NCBI GenBank assembly: GCA_022729235.1
Contig: JALDAJ010000001.1
Coordinates: 320,001-384,000 of the forward strand
Reading direction: 5' to 3'
Length of the DNA: 64,000 bases
Source: Candidatus Nanohalarchaeota archaeon
GTDB lineage: Archaea > Nanohalarchaeota > Nanosalinia > Nanosalinales > Nanosalinaceae
Every line of letters starts with the position of its first letter. The first letter of the stretch is position 1. This document shows, one piece after another, positions 9,048 to 19,333 of this stretch. The position numbers were made by a program, and so were the translations under genes. A model generated the notes under the pieces. The model made no database searches, was not told the origin of the DNA, and worked only from the letters and a program-made list of their open reading frames with translations.

Positions 9048-10220
9048 ATGACAAAAGACAACGGAACTACACGCAGAAACCTCATGAGAGGCATGGTAGC
9101 AGTTGGTGCTGCAGCAGGTTCTTCTGGCTGTGTAGGTCCTGCTTCAGGAGTCATACTAGGACGATATGTTGAGGGTATCAACAAAGAACATTTCGAAAAC
9201 GCGGTTGAAGGGCTTAAAACAGAAGGAGAGGGCGTAATAGGCAATCTCGAAGAACTTGAACAGAGTGTCGAAAGCATACTATCCCTGAACGCGCAGGATT
9301 ACGAACCTACTCGCGGCGGATTCCCTGTGATGGACGGTATCCGGCTGGCATCAGAGGGAGAGACCCAGATAAGAGTGGAAGAGGACGGAGACGCAGAAAA
9401 CTTCTACGATGAAGCTCCCTCCGAATCACTCGATCTAACTCCCGAAGATCTAGTTGATGAGGTATCAAACAAGATAGGATTGACAGAAAAACAAACTGCT
9501 AGAGCACCGAACGACGAGCTTATACGGACTTTCTCCGACATGGTTCCATATGTCAGGGTTACTGATCAGTGGCAGCAACCTGAACTCGGTGACGAAGTGG
9601 TCGACGATTTCGTCGAACTCCGGGACGAGATGATCGAACTTGAGGAAAAGTTCGCCGAAAACATCCTAGAACTGGGCGCAGTATACAGACAGTTCAGGAG
9701 CGAAAGAAGGAGCCTCGAAGAAGCAGATACCGCGCCTAGAAGATGGATAAGAGATGATGGCTTTGAGAAGGATAGGCACTTCACGGCATCAGGCGCGGAG
9801 AATTACGCGGATGTCATCAGAGATTTAGAGGACTCCTACGGAGAAATGGCAGTAGAATGGACTCGACAATACGCGGCTGTCCACTCTGGACGGAGAATGA
9901 TGGAACACGTTACAGAGGAAGTTTGGGAGTTACAGGAGATTTTCAGTGAAGGAGAATACGACGAGACCGGACGTCCCAGAGATGAAGAACCAAATCAAGA
10001 AGAATGGAACGACATCAACTGGCAAGAATACTGCGACTGGGAGGACGACGAATGGGATGCAATAGAGAACTTCGCCGACGAGAACGATGTATCAGTCACC
10101 GAACTCAACTATGATGTGACTGCAAGTCAGGGCGGCTTCCTCGCTGAAGTTCAATACGTGGAAGACGATGAAGCGGTTGACACTATAACTATCGACTACG
10201 TGGAAGGTTGTGGAGCTTAA
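9048..10220 (+). CDS. Tat-type lipoprotein, unknown function
   Basis: TTRRNLMRG...SSGC signal and lipobox, followed by an acidic helical body. Confidence 0.75.
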   Translation: MTKDNGTTRRNLMRGMVAVGAAAGSSGCVGPASGVILGRYVEGINKEHFENAVEGLKTEGEGVIGNLEELEQSVESILSLNAQDYEPTRGGFPVMDGIRLASEGETQIRVEEDGDAENFYDEAPSESLDLTPEDLVDEVSNKIGLTEKQTARAPNDELIRTFSDMVPYVRVTDQWQQPELGDEVVDDFVELRDEMIELEEKFAENILELGAVYRQFRSERRSLEEADTAPRRWIRDDGFEKDRHFTASGAENYADVIRDLEDSYGEMAVEWTRQYAAVHSGRRMMEHVTEEVWELQEIFSEGEYDETGRPRDEEPNQEEWNDINWQEYCDWEDDEWDAIENFADENDVSVTELNYDVTASQGGFLAEVQYVEDDEAVDTITIDYVEGCGA

Positions 10221-10231
10221 GAGGTGATAAA

Positions 10232-12922
10232 TTGAGAAAAACATTGTTACTGATATTCACCCTATTTTTAGTCTCTTTTGCGGCAGGAGAGGTATCTTCT
10301 GTCTCAATAAATGAACTGCCTGCAGATACAAAGGTCGAGAACACGTTCGAAGTAGAAGGTTCAGCTACAGGAGACAATCTCCAGAAACTTTACCTCAGGT
10401 ACCGGCAGAAGGGAGAGACAAGCTGGAGAACAATATCCACACAAGAATGTGAAGGGGAAATAGCCTGCAGTGACTCGGACAAGAGCCCGGTTATAGAAGA
10501 AACGTCTACATATGAGTACAGTGTTGCCGCCACCTCGGACAGTGATTGGACCAGATCAGATATCAAAGAAGTCACGTACTACGAGGAATCAGATGACCGC
10601 GTTGATTCAGTGTCAATGAATAATCTTCCTTCCTCGAAAAGAGCTGGCGACACTGTCGAAATCAAAGGCAGTGCAACAGGAGAAGAACTTGATAGTATCG
10701 AAATAAGGAAAAAAGAAGGATTCTCCTGGTCAACTCTGAAATCCAAAGACTGTGAGCAGGAGATTGCTTGCAGTATATCAGAGTATTACACCTCCAACGT
10801 CGAGAGAGACGTAGAATTCAAAGTCAGAGCTGAAGCAGGAGGAGACTCTGATGGCACCGACAGTCAGATAATAAGTTTTTACGAAACAGACCCTAAATCT
10901 CCCGAAGCCAACCTTGAGATCTCACCTTCTGAAGGCGAGATCGGAGACATATTCACGTTCGATGCTTCCGGAAGTTTCGGAAGAGATGCAGAAATAGTGG
11001 AGTACAAATTCGACTTTACAGGAGATGGTAACTGGGAGGAAGAAGGATCGGAAAATATATGGAATGTGGAGGCTGACAGAGAGATATCCACGACCGCGGT
11101 AGTAAAAGTGGTGGATGTAAACGGACTTACTGATACAGATACCGCATCCTACACCGTCACTGATCCAGAATGCGACCTATCCGTGGAGAACTTTGAGGTC
11201 AGCGATACCAGAACAGTTACAGGCGAGGAAGTGACCGTGAGCCTGGACGTCGTGAACAACATGGATACGGAACAGGATGTAGATCTCAGTTTTGAAGCCG
11301 GCGATGAAAGCCAGGATATCTCCCAGGTGATACCTGCTGAAGGAGAGGAACTGTTCGACTGGAGCTTTGAACCCGAGGAAGACGTAGACCTGGAGACAGA
11401 AGTTGTATGTGAGGGAGATTCAATCTTCTTCGACACGACCCCTATCACGGTTGAGGACAAAGGACTCCTATCTGTCAACGTTGAAGACGAGAATGAAAAC
11501 GCCTTAGAGGGCGCTACTGTAGAGGTCAGACTGTCCGGCGAGGATGACCTGATTGAGGAAAGAGATACTGGCGGGGACGGAAAGGTCTCGTTCAGTCTCG
11601 ATCCAGGGACTTATGACGTGGAAGCTTCGAAGACCGGGTACAGGCCTGAGATTCAGGAAGAAGTTGAAGTCGAACTGGATAGGGAATCGGAGATTGACTT
11701 CACGCTGGAAAGCATCCCTGAAGAGCTCAGGATTGACGATGTCACTTATCGAGATCCTGTATGTAGCGGTGAAGACTTCGAAGTCAGTGTAACAGTAGAG
11801 AATACTATGGACCGCAGTCAGAACGTAAGAATACAGGGAGAAGGACTTGGCGCTATAACGAGAGGAACTAGATTCACTGTTCCAAGTCACGATAGCCGTA
11901 CAAGATCTGTCGTGTTCCCGAACATCCAGAGAGATGTGTCCGGAGCCGAGCAGACGTTCGAGATAACCCTCGAAAACAGTGAAACCGATTCCGTCGAGAG
12001 AGAAGTAGAGGTAGTCGACTGTCCGGGAGTCGTAGATCCACAAGCAGCCAGAGGAATCACCCTGGATATCAGCCCCAGAGAGACCGAGGCAGGTCAACCT
12101 GTTAAAGTAGCCGGATACGTCCAGGGCGTAAGAAGAGGTAAGGAAGTGAAAATAAACCTGAACGGAAACCACGTAGATACTGTAGACACTGCGCCCGACG
12201 GATACTACGAGGCATTTGTAAGATCGGAGTTCGCAGGTCAGAACGAAGTCACTGTCTCTGCAGACTCACAGCGCAGGACGAGAACTTTCACAGCAAGCCC
12301 GACGGTTGAAATAGGGTATATGAAGACTCCGAGAGCTGTTTTCCAGGGCGAACAGTTCGAAGTTTGTGGCATGGATATCGAATCACAGGTAACGCCGAGA
12401 GTATATCTTGAAGAAGACGGCGAAATCATAGACTCGAAGAATGAAAGAGGAGATGTCTGCTTCAACGTTACAACCCACGAGACCAGTAAGCACCGGTACC
12501 AGGTATCAGCAGAGGTAGACAGCGAGACAGCCACCATGTCTAAAGACATAGATGTACACCGGGCGGATCAAGAGGCAGTCAACTTCCCTGACAGAGTCGC
12601 AACTGTAAGATCAGGCTCCGGGATGGTACGGGTAACACTTTACAACAGCAACCCCGAGTCGAGAACATACGACGTAGAACTCCGGCAAGTCCCGAGAGAC
12701 TGGTTCTCACAGACAGAGAAACAGGTCACGCTCCAGCCCGGTGAGGAGCAGGAAGTATTCTTCTACTTCACACCGAAGGATCAAGGAGACTTCCAGGGAG
12801 ACCTTGAAGTCCAGAGCGATGGACAGTCCGTCCATTTCGAGAGGATTGACATAAGCAGCACGAGACCAGTGCATAACCAGAGAACGTTCCTTGACAGGCT
12901 TCTAAGCCTTTTCAGGCTTTAA
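10232..12922 (+). CDS. Large secreted multi-Ig-fold surface protein (PKD, CARDB, carboxypeptidase-regulatory-like domains)
   Basis: GAGGTGA SD before TTG 10232. Signal peptide, PKD motif FTFDASGS...YKFDFTGDG, and LSVNVEDENENALEGATV...PGTYDVEASKTGY. Confidence 0.8.
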   Translation: MRKTLLLIFTLFLVSFAAGEVSSVSINELPADTKVENTFEVEGSATGDNLQKLYLRYRQKGETSWRTISTQECEGEIACSDSDKSPVIEETSTYEYSVAATSDSDWTRSDIKEVTYYEESDDRVDSVSMNNLPSSKRAGDTVEIKGSATGEELDSIEIRKKEGFSWSTLKSKDCEQEIACSISEYYTSNVERDVEFKVRAEAGGDSDGTDSQIISFYETDPKSPEANLEISPSEGEIGDIFTFDASGSFGRDAEIVEYKFDFTGDGNWEEEGSENIWNVEADREISTTAVVKVVDVNGLTDTDTASYTVTDPECDLSVENFEVSDTRTVTGEEVTVSLDVVNNMDTEQDVDLSFEAGDESQDISQVIPAEGEELFDWSFEPEEDVDLETEVVCEGDSIFFDTTPITVEDKGLLSVNVEDENENALEGATVEVRLSGEDDLIEERDTGGDGKVSFSLDPGTYDVEASKTGYRPEIQEEVEVELDRESEIDFTLESIPEELRIDDVTYRDPVCSGEDFEVSVTVENTMDRSQNVRIQGEGLGAITRGTRFTVPSHDSRTRSVVFPNIQRDVSGAEQTFEITLENSETDSVEREVEVVDCPGVVDPQAARGITLDISPRETEAGQPVKVAGYVQGVRRGKEVKINLNGNHVDTVDTAPDGYYEAFVRSEFAGQNEVTVSADSQRRTRTFTASPTVEIGYMKTPRAVFQGEQFEVCGMDIESQVTPRVYLEEDGEIIDSKNERGDVCFNVTTHETSKHRYQVSAEVDSETATMSKDIDVHRADQEAVNFPDRVATVRSGSGMVRVTLYNSNPESRTYDVELRQVPRDWFSQTEKQVTLQPGEEQEVFFYFTPKDQGDFQGDLEVQSDGQSVHFERIDISSTRPVHNQRTFLDRLLSLFRL

Positions 12923-13012
12923 TTTATTCGTCTTTAAAAAGTGGTTAAGAACTGTCGCTATCAACGAATATATAAAAGTTAGATAAAGTGTTATTTCTAG
13001 GTGACAATAAAT

Positions 13013-14740
13013 ATGCGTTTCTGGAAGATCGCGGCTATATCACTAATCTTAACCATGTCTACAGGACTTGCTGCTGCCAGTCCAGCAGAAATGACGATTT
13101 TTCCGCAGGAATCAAGCGCGGAAATCAACTCTTTCACATCTTTCGAGATAACTGTAGAAAACACAGGTAACGTCGAAGACGTGTACACACTGCAACCAGA
13201 CGTGGAACAGGTAACAGTCGCGCCACAGGAAATCAGGCTGGATCCTGGTGAGCAGGAAACAGTACACGCATGGTACAACCCTGATGATACACAGGAAGCA
13301 GATACCTACTCATTTGAAGTCACCGCGACCTCCAGGGCTACAGGCGAAAGATACAGTGTTGGAGGGTTTGTTAACGTTATTACAGACCATGAAGTAAACC
13401 TCAACATTAATGACGCCTCGAGAACAGTCTGCCGGGGAGAAGTAGCACAGTACAATATCCAGGTAACCAACGACGGCATCCAGACCGAGGAATTCTCTCT
13501 TTCAACTCCAGTAGGACAGCTCTCCCAGGACACAGTCGAACTTGAGCCCGGAGAGACCGAGATAGTTGCTCTGACAGTCTCATCTGACGAAGCAACAGAC
13601 AGGAGCTTCAACGTTTTAGCATCCTCAACAACTAGTTACGCCGAGAACGCTATCAGCCTAAACTTTGAGGCAGAAACCTGCTACGCCTCAGATGTCTCGA
13701 TAGAGCCTGAATCACAGGAAGTAGGTGCATTCACCGAGGCAGAATACGAAATCGTTGTGGAAAATACAGGTACGAGGACAGATGAGTTCACCCTGTCAAC
13801 AGACATAGAAGAAATGGAAGAAGATACGGTAACTATAGAAGGCGGTTCCTCAGAAACAGTAACACTGTTCTACGTTCCCGAGGAACTTGGAACCCATGAG
13901 TTAACAGTTACAGCAGAAGGAATGTCCCAGAGTTCGGCTACTGCAACAGCCGAGGCATATAATGCGATGGACCTCGATCTGCAGTTCGACAGTGAGTCAA
14001 GAAGTGTATGTGAGAACGAAGAGGCCAGTTACATAGTCAACATAAGAAATACTGGGGAAGTAACCGAGACGTACACACTTGAGACTGATAGAGGAGAGCT
14101 TTCCGCTACAGAAGGCGAGCTAGCTCCTGGAGAATTAGGACAGGCAGAACTAGTAGTTGACACCACTGAACTCGAAACGGGAGAAACCTACGATGTACAG
14201 GTAGAAGGTACTGCCACAACATTTGGAGAACCATCAGCGACTGCAGATTCAGAACTCTCCGTTGAGAACTGCTGGGATCTTGAAATGGATGTCATACCTG
14301 AGAGAATGAGTGCAGGAGAGAACAGGAGCGTTATCTATGAGATTCAACTAGACAATACAGGAACACGAGAAAACACTTACCAGCTATCATACCAGGGACC
14401 TGACTGGATCTCCATAAGACCTGAAGAAGTAACAGTTGCCCCGGGCAACAGCGAAACCGCTTACATGTATGCAGGAATCCCATTTGAGGAAGAAGGAGAG
14501 GTCGGTATCAACGTCACCGCCGAAGGTGAACAGGTAAGCAGAACTGACTCTGTAACCCTGCTGATAGATGAAGAACTCCAGGAGTACATCGAAGACGGGA
14601 GGGATTTACTCACCGGTAGATTTACAGAAGCAGCCGCCATTATTTCCGATAGAGTCAGGGAAACAACCGACATCCAGCGAGCAATCCTATCCGTGATTGT
14701 AGGACTGGTGATTACACTGGCAGTTCTTTACAGCCAGTGA
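13013..14740 (+). CDS. COG1470/NEW3-CARDB repeat surface protein with a C-terminal TM anchor
   Basis: AGGTGA before ATG 13013. Five repeats of x-(V/I/L)-x-N-(T/D)-G...(Y/F)-x-L and a C-terminal hydrophobic helix. Confidence 0.8.
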   Translation: MRFWKIAAISLILTMSTGLAAASPAEMTIFPQESSAEINSFTSFEITVENTGNVEDVYTLQPDVEQVTVAPQEIRLDPGEQETVHAWYNPDDTQEADTYSFEVTATSRATGERYSVGGFVNVITDHEVNLNINDASRTVCRGEVAQYNIQVTNDGIQTEEFSLSTPVGQLSQDTVELEPGETEIVALTVSSDEATDRSFNVLASSTTSYAENAISLNFEAETCYASDVSIEPESQEVGAFTEAEYEIVVENTGTRTDEFTLSTDIEEMEEDTVTIEGGSSETVTLFYVPEELGTHELTVTAEGMSQSSATATAEAYNAMDLDLQFDSESRSVCENEEASYIVNIRNTGEVTETYTLETDRGELSATEGELAPGELGQAELVVDTTELETGETYDVQVEGTATTFGEPSATADSELSVENCWDLEMDVIPERMSAGENRSVIYEIQLDNTGTRENTYQLSYQGPDWISIRPEEVTVAPGNSETAYMYAGIPFEEEGEVGINVTAEGEQVSRTDSVTLLIDEELQEYIEDGRDLLTGRFTEAAAIISDRVRETTDIQRAILSVIVGLVITLAVLYSQ

Positions 14741-14777
14741 TTACAATCAATACGTGTCTTCCGGAAGCTCGATTAAG

Positions 14778-16352
14778 TCATCGTTGCTCTGTGAATACGT
14801 ACCGGATAGCCATCTTTCTCGCTCTATCATCATTCTCACTACCCTCGACCCTGAACCCTATCGTGTCAATCGAACCTATACTTACGATTTCATCTTGTAC
14901 CTCATTACCATTCTCATCGAATACTGTGACCTGGTAACCATAATCAGACCGTTCCAGCTCGTAGGTATAAAATCCTCCCATCCCAATAGTATCAAAACTT
15001 GCCTGTTCTTCTCCAGAGTCTCTAAGTGAAACTGTTGCAGGGTCATCGGCATCCCAGTCAGTCTTTAATTCAAATCTCATACGTTCAACTTGATAACCGT
15101 CATCGGTCAGGCTTGCCCTGACCTCTATAACATCATCGCTATTGCTGTCAATTTTGAACTCCATGCCTTCATCCTCAACCGAAGGTCTCCAGCTTGCTAC
15201 CTGCCAGTCCTCGTATTCAACGTATTCAAGATCGTCAACGTCATCAGCCATGTAGACATCCCAGTCCTGGCTTATAGAGTACCGCTTGTTGTATGCACCA
15301 GGGTATAGCAGATCCTGGGTGAAACCATCTCCTACCCAGATGTGCTCGGTCTTCGTCACCCTTATACCGTCGCCAGGAGTGTTATCCTCTGCGTATGCCG
15401 TAACACCGTATCTTCCCAGCTCATCCATCACTTCCTCAACGCTCTCAGTTCTATTTTCTATATCCTCAAATCCAATACTGCTTTTCGCGTCAAACTCTCC
15501 GCCACCGTCATAGTTCTCAATCCTGAACTCCAGCTCCTCATCGTATTCAGCTGCGAGGCTAGGCTTGACCAAGTCAAAATCTGGAGCCTGGAAGCTGAGA
15601 GTCTTCTCATCGTCCAAATCTTCCTCGTATACCGTGAACGAGTAGACTGCCCCTGGCTCGACATTGAAATAGTACTGATCCCCGCTCTCATCTAAATCGC
15701 CGGCATTTTTCACATCGTACTCATCAACTACCAGCTCGTAATCGTAATCCGATTCATCAGTCCTCTGTACCGTAAACTCATGATCATAGGCACAGGTTCC
15801 CGACTCCTCTCCAAATCCTTCTTCACACGGCTCGCTCTCCCAGACATCCTCACTGCCTTCTTCACAGTAATACCACCTATCATCCTTAACCATACCTTCT
15901 CGGAAGTACGTCTCATCCTCTCCACAATCCCCTCCTATCGTCCCGTAATGACTCCAGTCAAGTGAGGTATCTCGAAGTGTCGAGGGCATATCTCCTGACA
16001 CCAAATCAGCCAGTCGGTTCCGGAGTTCTCCAACGTTTTCGGAGGCTGCATCCTTTAGAACTGAAACAGCATAGTTCCTTGAAAAGTCAATCTCCTCATC
16101 CAAACACTGACCTATCTCACTTGTCACGTACTTTCGACAGCCGTGAAGACCGAGGAGAAAGTCCATGTTTTCATCTGTATAAGGAGGATTCTCATATTTC
16201 TCGTATCCGTAAAGCCCCAGCAAGAGTTCGTTGTCTATCTCTAGATCGTCCAAGTCAGAAGGACTTATGTCCGGAGCTTGAGAGGTAGCGAAAGGTAAGG
16301 ATAACCCGATTATAAGAAACAGAGCAAGGAATCTCCGCGAAATATGTCTCAC
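14778..16352 (-). CDS. Secreted acidic beta-rich protein
   Basis: 524 aa. Signal peptide and a Cys-rich segment. Last gene of an overlapping four-gene operon. Confidence 0.7.
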   Translation of the reverse strand: MRHISRRFLALFLIIGLSLPFATSQAPDISPSDLDDLEIDNELLLGLYGYEKYENPPYTDENMDFLLGLHGCRKYVTSEIGQCLDEEIDFSRNYAVSVLKDAASENVGELRNRLADLVSGDMPSTLRDTSLDWSHYGTIGGDCGEDETYFREGMVKDDRWYYCEEGSEDVWESEPCEEGFGEESGTCAYDHEFTVQRTDESDYDYELVVDEYDVKNAGDLDESGDQYYFNVEPGAVYSFTVYEEDLDDEKTLSFQAPDFDLVKPSLAAEYDEELEFRIENYDGGGEFDAKSSIGFEDIENRTESVEEVMDELGRYGVTAYAEDNTPGDGIRVTKTEHIWVGDGFTQDLLYPGAYNKRYSISQDWDVYMADDVDDLEYVEYEDWQVASWRPSVEDEGMEFKIDSNSDDVIEVRASLTDDGYQVERMRFELKTDWDADDPATVSLRDSGEEQASFDTIGMGGFYTYELERSDYGYQVTVFDENGNEVQDEIVSIGSIDTIGFRVEGSENDDRARKMAIRYVFTEQR

Positions 16353-17461
16353 CTCTCTTCACATTCAGGATTAAATGCTGGAGAGCTCCCTTTTAGTTCT
16401 TGGCAGACTGCATCTTCTGCCTCTTCATCACCGTAATCATCCGAACTATATCCATCTATTAATGCGACTGTCTCATCCCAGTCCCCCTGGGAAGCAACAT
16501 ACCGGTATTCAAGGTCATCTCCCTCACTGCCGCCCTCACTATCATCGTGTGTTGGCTGGGTGCCTGTCCCCCTGACTGTTACAGAGGTGTGTTCTTCCTT
16601 GTAGTAGTTGTAACTTGCTGTTATGGTTAGAGGTACTGTTGTCTGCGTATCGTCCTGTGGGTCGAAGTCTACATCAGAAATCTCGTAGGTCTGGAATCCA
16701 CGGGCTCCCCCGATAAGTTCCACGGTTTCATCACCATCCATTGGCTCAAGGTTTATATCCTCGGTTGCTGATACGCCGAGCTTGACTTTATCATCGTCCT
16801 CGTAGTATTCATCTCCCAGGTAAGGCGTTCCCCCACCTTCATTTCTTACAACGACTCTCAAGTCGTGCGTTACGTCTTCACCCCTGTATTCTATCGGGGT
16901 CCGGGTCTGGACCTCCATATGGATCGGACCATCAGAATTCTGTGTTGTCGGTCGGGAGAAACCTACTCCTGTCTCCCTGAACCTCCTTTCACTCATTATC
17001 TGTATTTCCGTACTGGCGGAGTTCTCGTAACCGAACATTATCCTTGCTGCCACAGGATAAGGAATATTCTCGTTATCACCCAGGTTTGGAGGAGTCATCG
17101 TCTTGACTTCGTGGTACTCCATAGCCTCCATCCCTGCATCAGGGTCAGCAGGATTCAAACTACCAAACTCAAAGTCGCCGTCGTCCTGCACCTCCCACCC
17201 CCTGTTTTCGGGTGCGCCCATCGTAAGGTCGAATATCTCTGCCTCAACTTCCGTGGCTTCAGCTTCTCCGGCGTTTCTAAGTGTCAACTGTAGCGTGGCT
17301 CTCTGGTTGTCATAGACTGTGCCCGGGGAAGCATTGAAACCGACTACTTCAACAGCGGTTGCGGAGGAGTCTATATCGTTTTCCGTATCGGTACATCCTG
17401 CCGCGACAACTGTGAGAGCTACGAATATAAGCACTATCTTTGACTTCTCCAGCTTTATCAC
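16349..17461 (-). CDS. Lipoprotein, Ig-like (paralog family A)
   Basis: VAAGC lipobox, LTLRNAG, IMFGYEN, GPIHMEV, ASYNYY. Confidence 0.75.
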   Translation of the reverse strand: MIKLEKSKIVLIFVALTVVAAGCTDTENDIDSSATAVEVVGFNASPGTVYDNQRATLQLTLRNAGEAEATEVEAEIFDLTMGAPENRGWEVQDDGDFEFGSLNPADPDAGMEAMEYHEVKTMTPPNLGDNENIPYPVAARIMFGYENSASTEIQIMSERRFRETGVGFSRPTTQNSDGPIHMEVQTRTPIEYRGEDVTHDLRVVVRNEGGGTPYLGDEYYEDDDKVKLGVSATEDINLEPMDGDETVELIGGARGFQTYEISDVDFDPQDDTQTTVPLTITASYNYYKEEHTSVTVRGTGTQPTHDDSEGGSEGDDLEYRYVASQGDWDETVALIDGYSSDDYGDEEAEDAVCQELKGSSPAFNPECEER

Positions 17462-18255
17462 GGCTTAGCTACCTCTATATCAAGGCTTGGTGATTTGACG
17501 TATTTATAAGATGTGGAGAAGATCAGGCTCCTCGTGACCCGGGGCTCTTCCTCTGAGCTTACCTCGCAGGTGAATTCCGCTATTCCTTCTGCTACGACCG
17601 GTTCTATTTCTGTGTCGCAGTCCTCAAATATTTCGGAAGGCTGGTACTCCATCGAGTAATTAGATACAATATTACCCGGTCCTTCTGGCGTTATCCTGAA
17701 GTCTACAAAACCTCTATCTGCGGGCATAGGCTCCCGGTAGGAAACTGTTACCTCTACCTCCCCGTTTGAATACTCCTCGACGCGCTCCGTCCTTTCGTCT
17801 ATATCCTGTGCAGGTCTGAACTCTATCGGTACAGGAGAATCCTTGTTCGACAGCTCGGAGTCGTAATCAAGGTTGAGCTGGAACGTTAACGGTCGAGAAC
17901 TGAATCCGGAGAGATCTGGTGGTGCCGTTACAATCCAGCTACATTCCATCCGGGGCGTGAAGTCTTCATCCGCAGATTCTATAGTCTCAGGGGTACAGGA
18001 TTTATCCCCGACTTCAAGGAAGGCGGTGTTGTATATAGATATCTCGTTTATCTCCACGTCACCCGTGTTGTGGTTCTCCAGCATCAGGTCTATACGTGCC
18101 TGTTGATTTGTTGTCATATGAGGATCGGAGATATCGAACTCCACTATCTGGAGACTTCCTTTATCTGTACCACCTATATCCGGCCCTGCGCCATTATCGA
18201 TGCAGCCTGAAGCAGCTATAACCAGTGCGATAGCGAGTACCGGTCGGCTATCCAC
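17458..18255 (-). CDS. Lipoprotein, Ig-like (paralog family A)
   Basis: AASGC lipobox, LMLENH, LDYDSE, TSYKYV. Confidence 0.75.
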   Translation of the reverse strand: MDSRPVLAIALVIAASGCIDNGAGPDIGGTDKGSLQIVEFDISDPHMTTNQQARIDLMLENHNTGDVEINEISIYNTAFLEVGDKSCTPETIESADEDFTPRMECSWIVTAPPDLSGFSSRPLTFQLNLDYDSELSNKDSPVPIEFRPAQDIDERTERVEEYSNGEVEVTVSYREPMPADRGFVDFRITPEGPGNIVSNYSMEYQPSEIFEDCDTEIEPVVAEGIAEFTCEVSSEEEPRVTRSLIFSTSYKYVKSPSLDIEVAKP

Positions 18256-19327
18256 GGGGCTCCACCTCGACCCTCCTCGAACCTATGTCCTTAACGTAAG
18301 TATAGTTTACCCTGGCGAACACCTCTGACATATCCGCCGGATCTTCTAAGTCATCACTTGATGGAACGGGTAAACTACAGGTTATAGGGCGTGACTGTCC
18401 CTCGAACATCCTAAGCTCTTCATCGTTACCGATGTCACACCAGGGACCCTCATCACCATAGTCCTGGAAATTATCCCATTCCCTGTTAGATACCAGACGG
18501 AGTTCAGAATCGCCTGTATAGCTCACTGTCATCGCGTCACCACCTGAGAACTGGGGGAGTTTAAAACCTTCTCCGTCCTCATCCTCTTCTATCCTGTCGA
18601 AGCCTTCATCCAGTTTGAGAGGTTCAGTAGCTCTTACAGACAGGCTTTCCTCGTCGATATCAACGATTCCCTTGGCATATCCCTGTTCGCCCTGGTTCTC
18701 CAGTTGCAAAATAATATCCATATAGCTGTCCCTGTCAGCGATAAAGGTCGCAGGTCTTTCAGCTGTACCGCCCCGTGTATCTATCCGGAACAGCAGAGGT
18801 CCAGAGGACGACATCGAGTGAAGCTCGGGCGATCCCTGTACCTGCTGACTTCGTTTTATCTGCACCTGTCTGTACGCACTCACACTGTAGTCGAACTCCA
18901 TCTCGAACTCGAAATCACACCTGTCTCCAATAGTAGGTATATCTCCGTCCTGGTTCAGTCTCCAGCTTAATCTAAGCTCCTGTCTGGGCTGCAGAGTTAC
19001 AGTCTGTGTATCCTCATCATAGTCTCCAGAAGTCATAACATCAAAATCTGTTCTGTCAAATTCAAACAGGTCGCGGCAGTAGTTTTTCAGGACTTCACGC
19101 CCTCTCTCATCGTCACCCAGGCGTACGTCTGCAGGGAGGAGCCCTACATTAGCGACCTCCAGTTCGGCAGTAACTGTTGCATCCTCGTGTATCTCACCGG
19201 GTGTAACGGATAGGCTGTGGACTGCGATAGCCTGTGAGGACTCCTGATGGGTGCCGTTAACTTCTATACACCCTGAAGCGATAACGGCGAGAAACAACAG
19301 ACTTAAAGCTGCTTTCCGGCTCTCCAT
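18248..19327 (-). CDS. Lipoprotein, Ig-like (paralog family A)
   Basis: Start moved to ATG 19327 (MESRKAA...IASGC). LEVANVG, EFDYSV, GPLLFRI, VNYTYV. Confidence 0.75.
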   Translation of the reverse strand: MESRKAALSLLFLAVIASGCIEVNGTHQESSQAIAVHSLSVTPGEIHEDATVTAELEVANVGLLPADVRLGDDERGREVLKNYCRDLFEFDRTDFDVMTSGDYDEDTQTVTLQPRQELRLSWRLNQDGDIPTIGDRCDFEFEMEFDYSVSAYRQVQIKRSQQVQGSPELHSMSSSGPLLFRIDTRGGTAERPATFIADRDSYMDIILQLENQGEQGYAKGIVDIDEESLSVRATEPLKLDEGFDRIEEDEDGEGFKLPQFSGGDAMTVSYTGDSELRLVSNREWDNFQDYGDEGPWCDIGNDEELRMFEGQSRPITCSLPVPSSDDLEDPADMSEVFARVNYTYVKDIGSRRVEVEPRG

Positions 19328-19333
19328 ATTATA

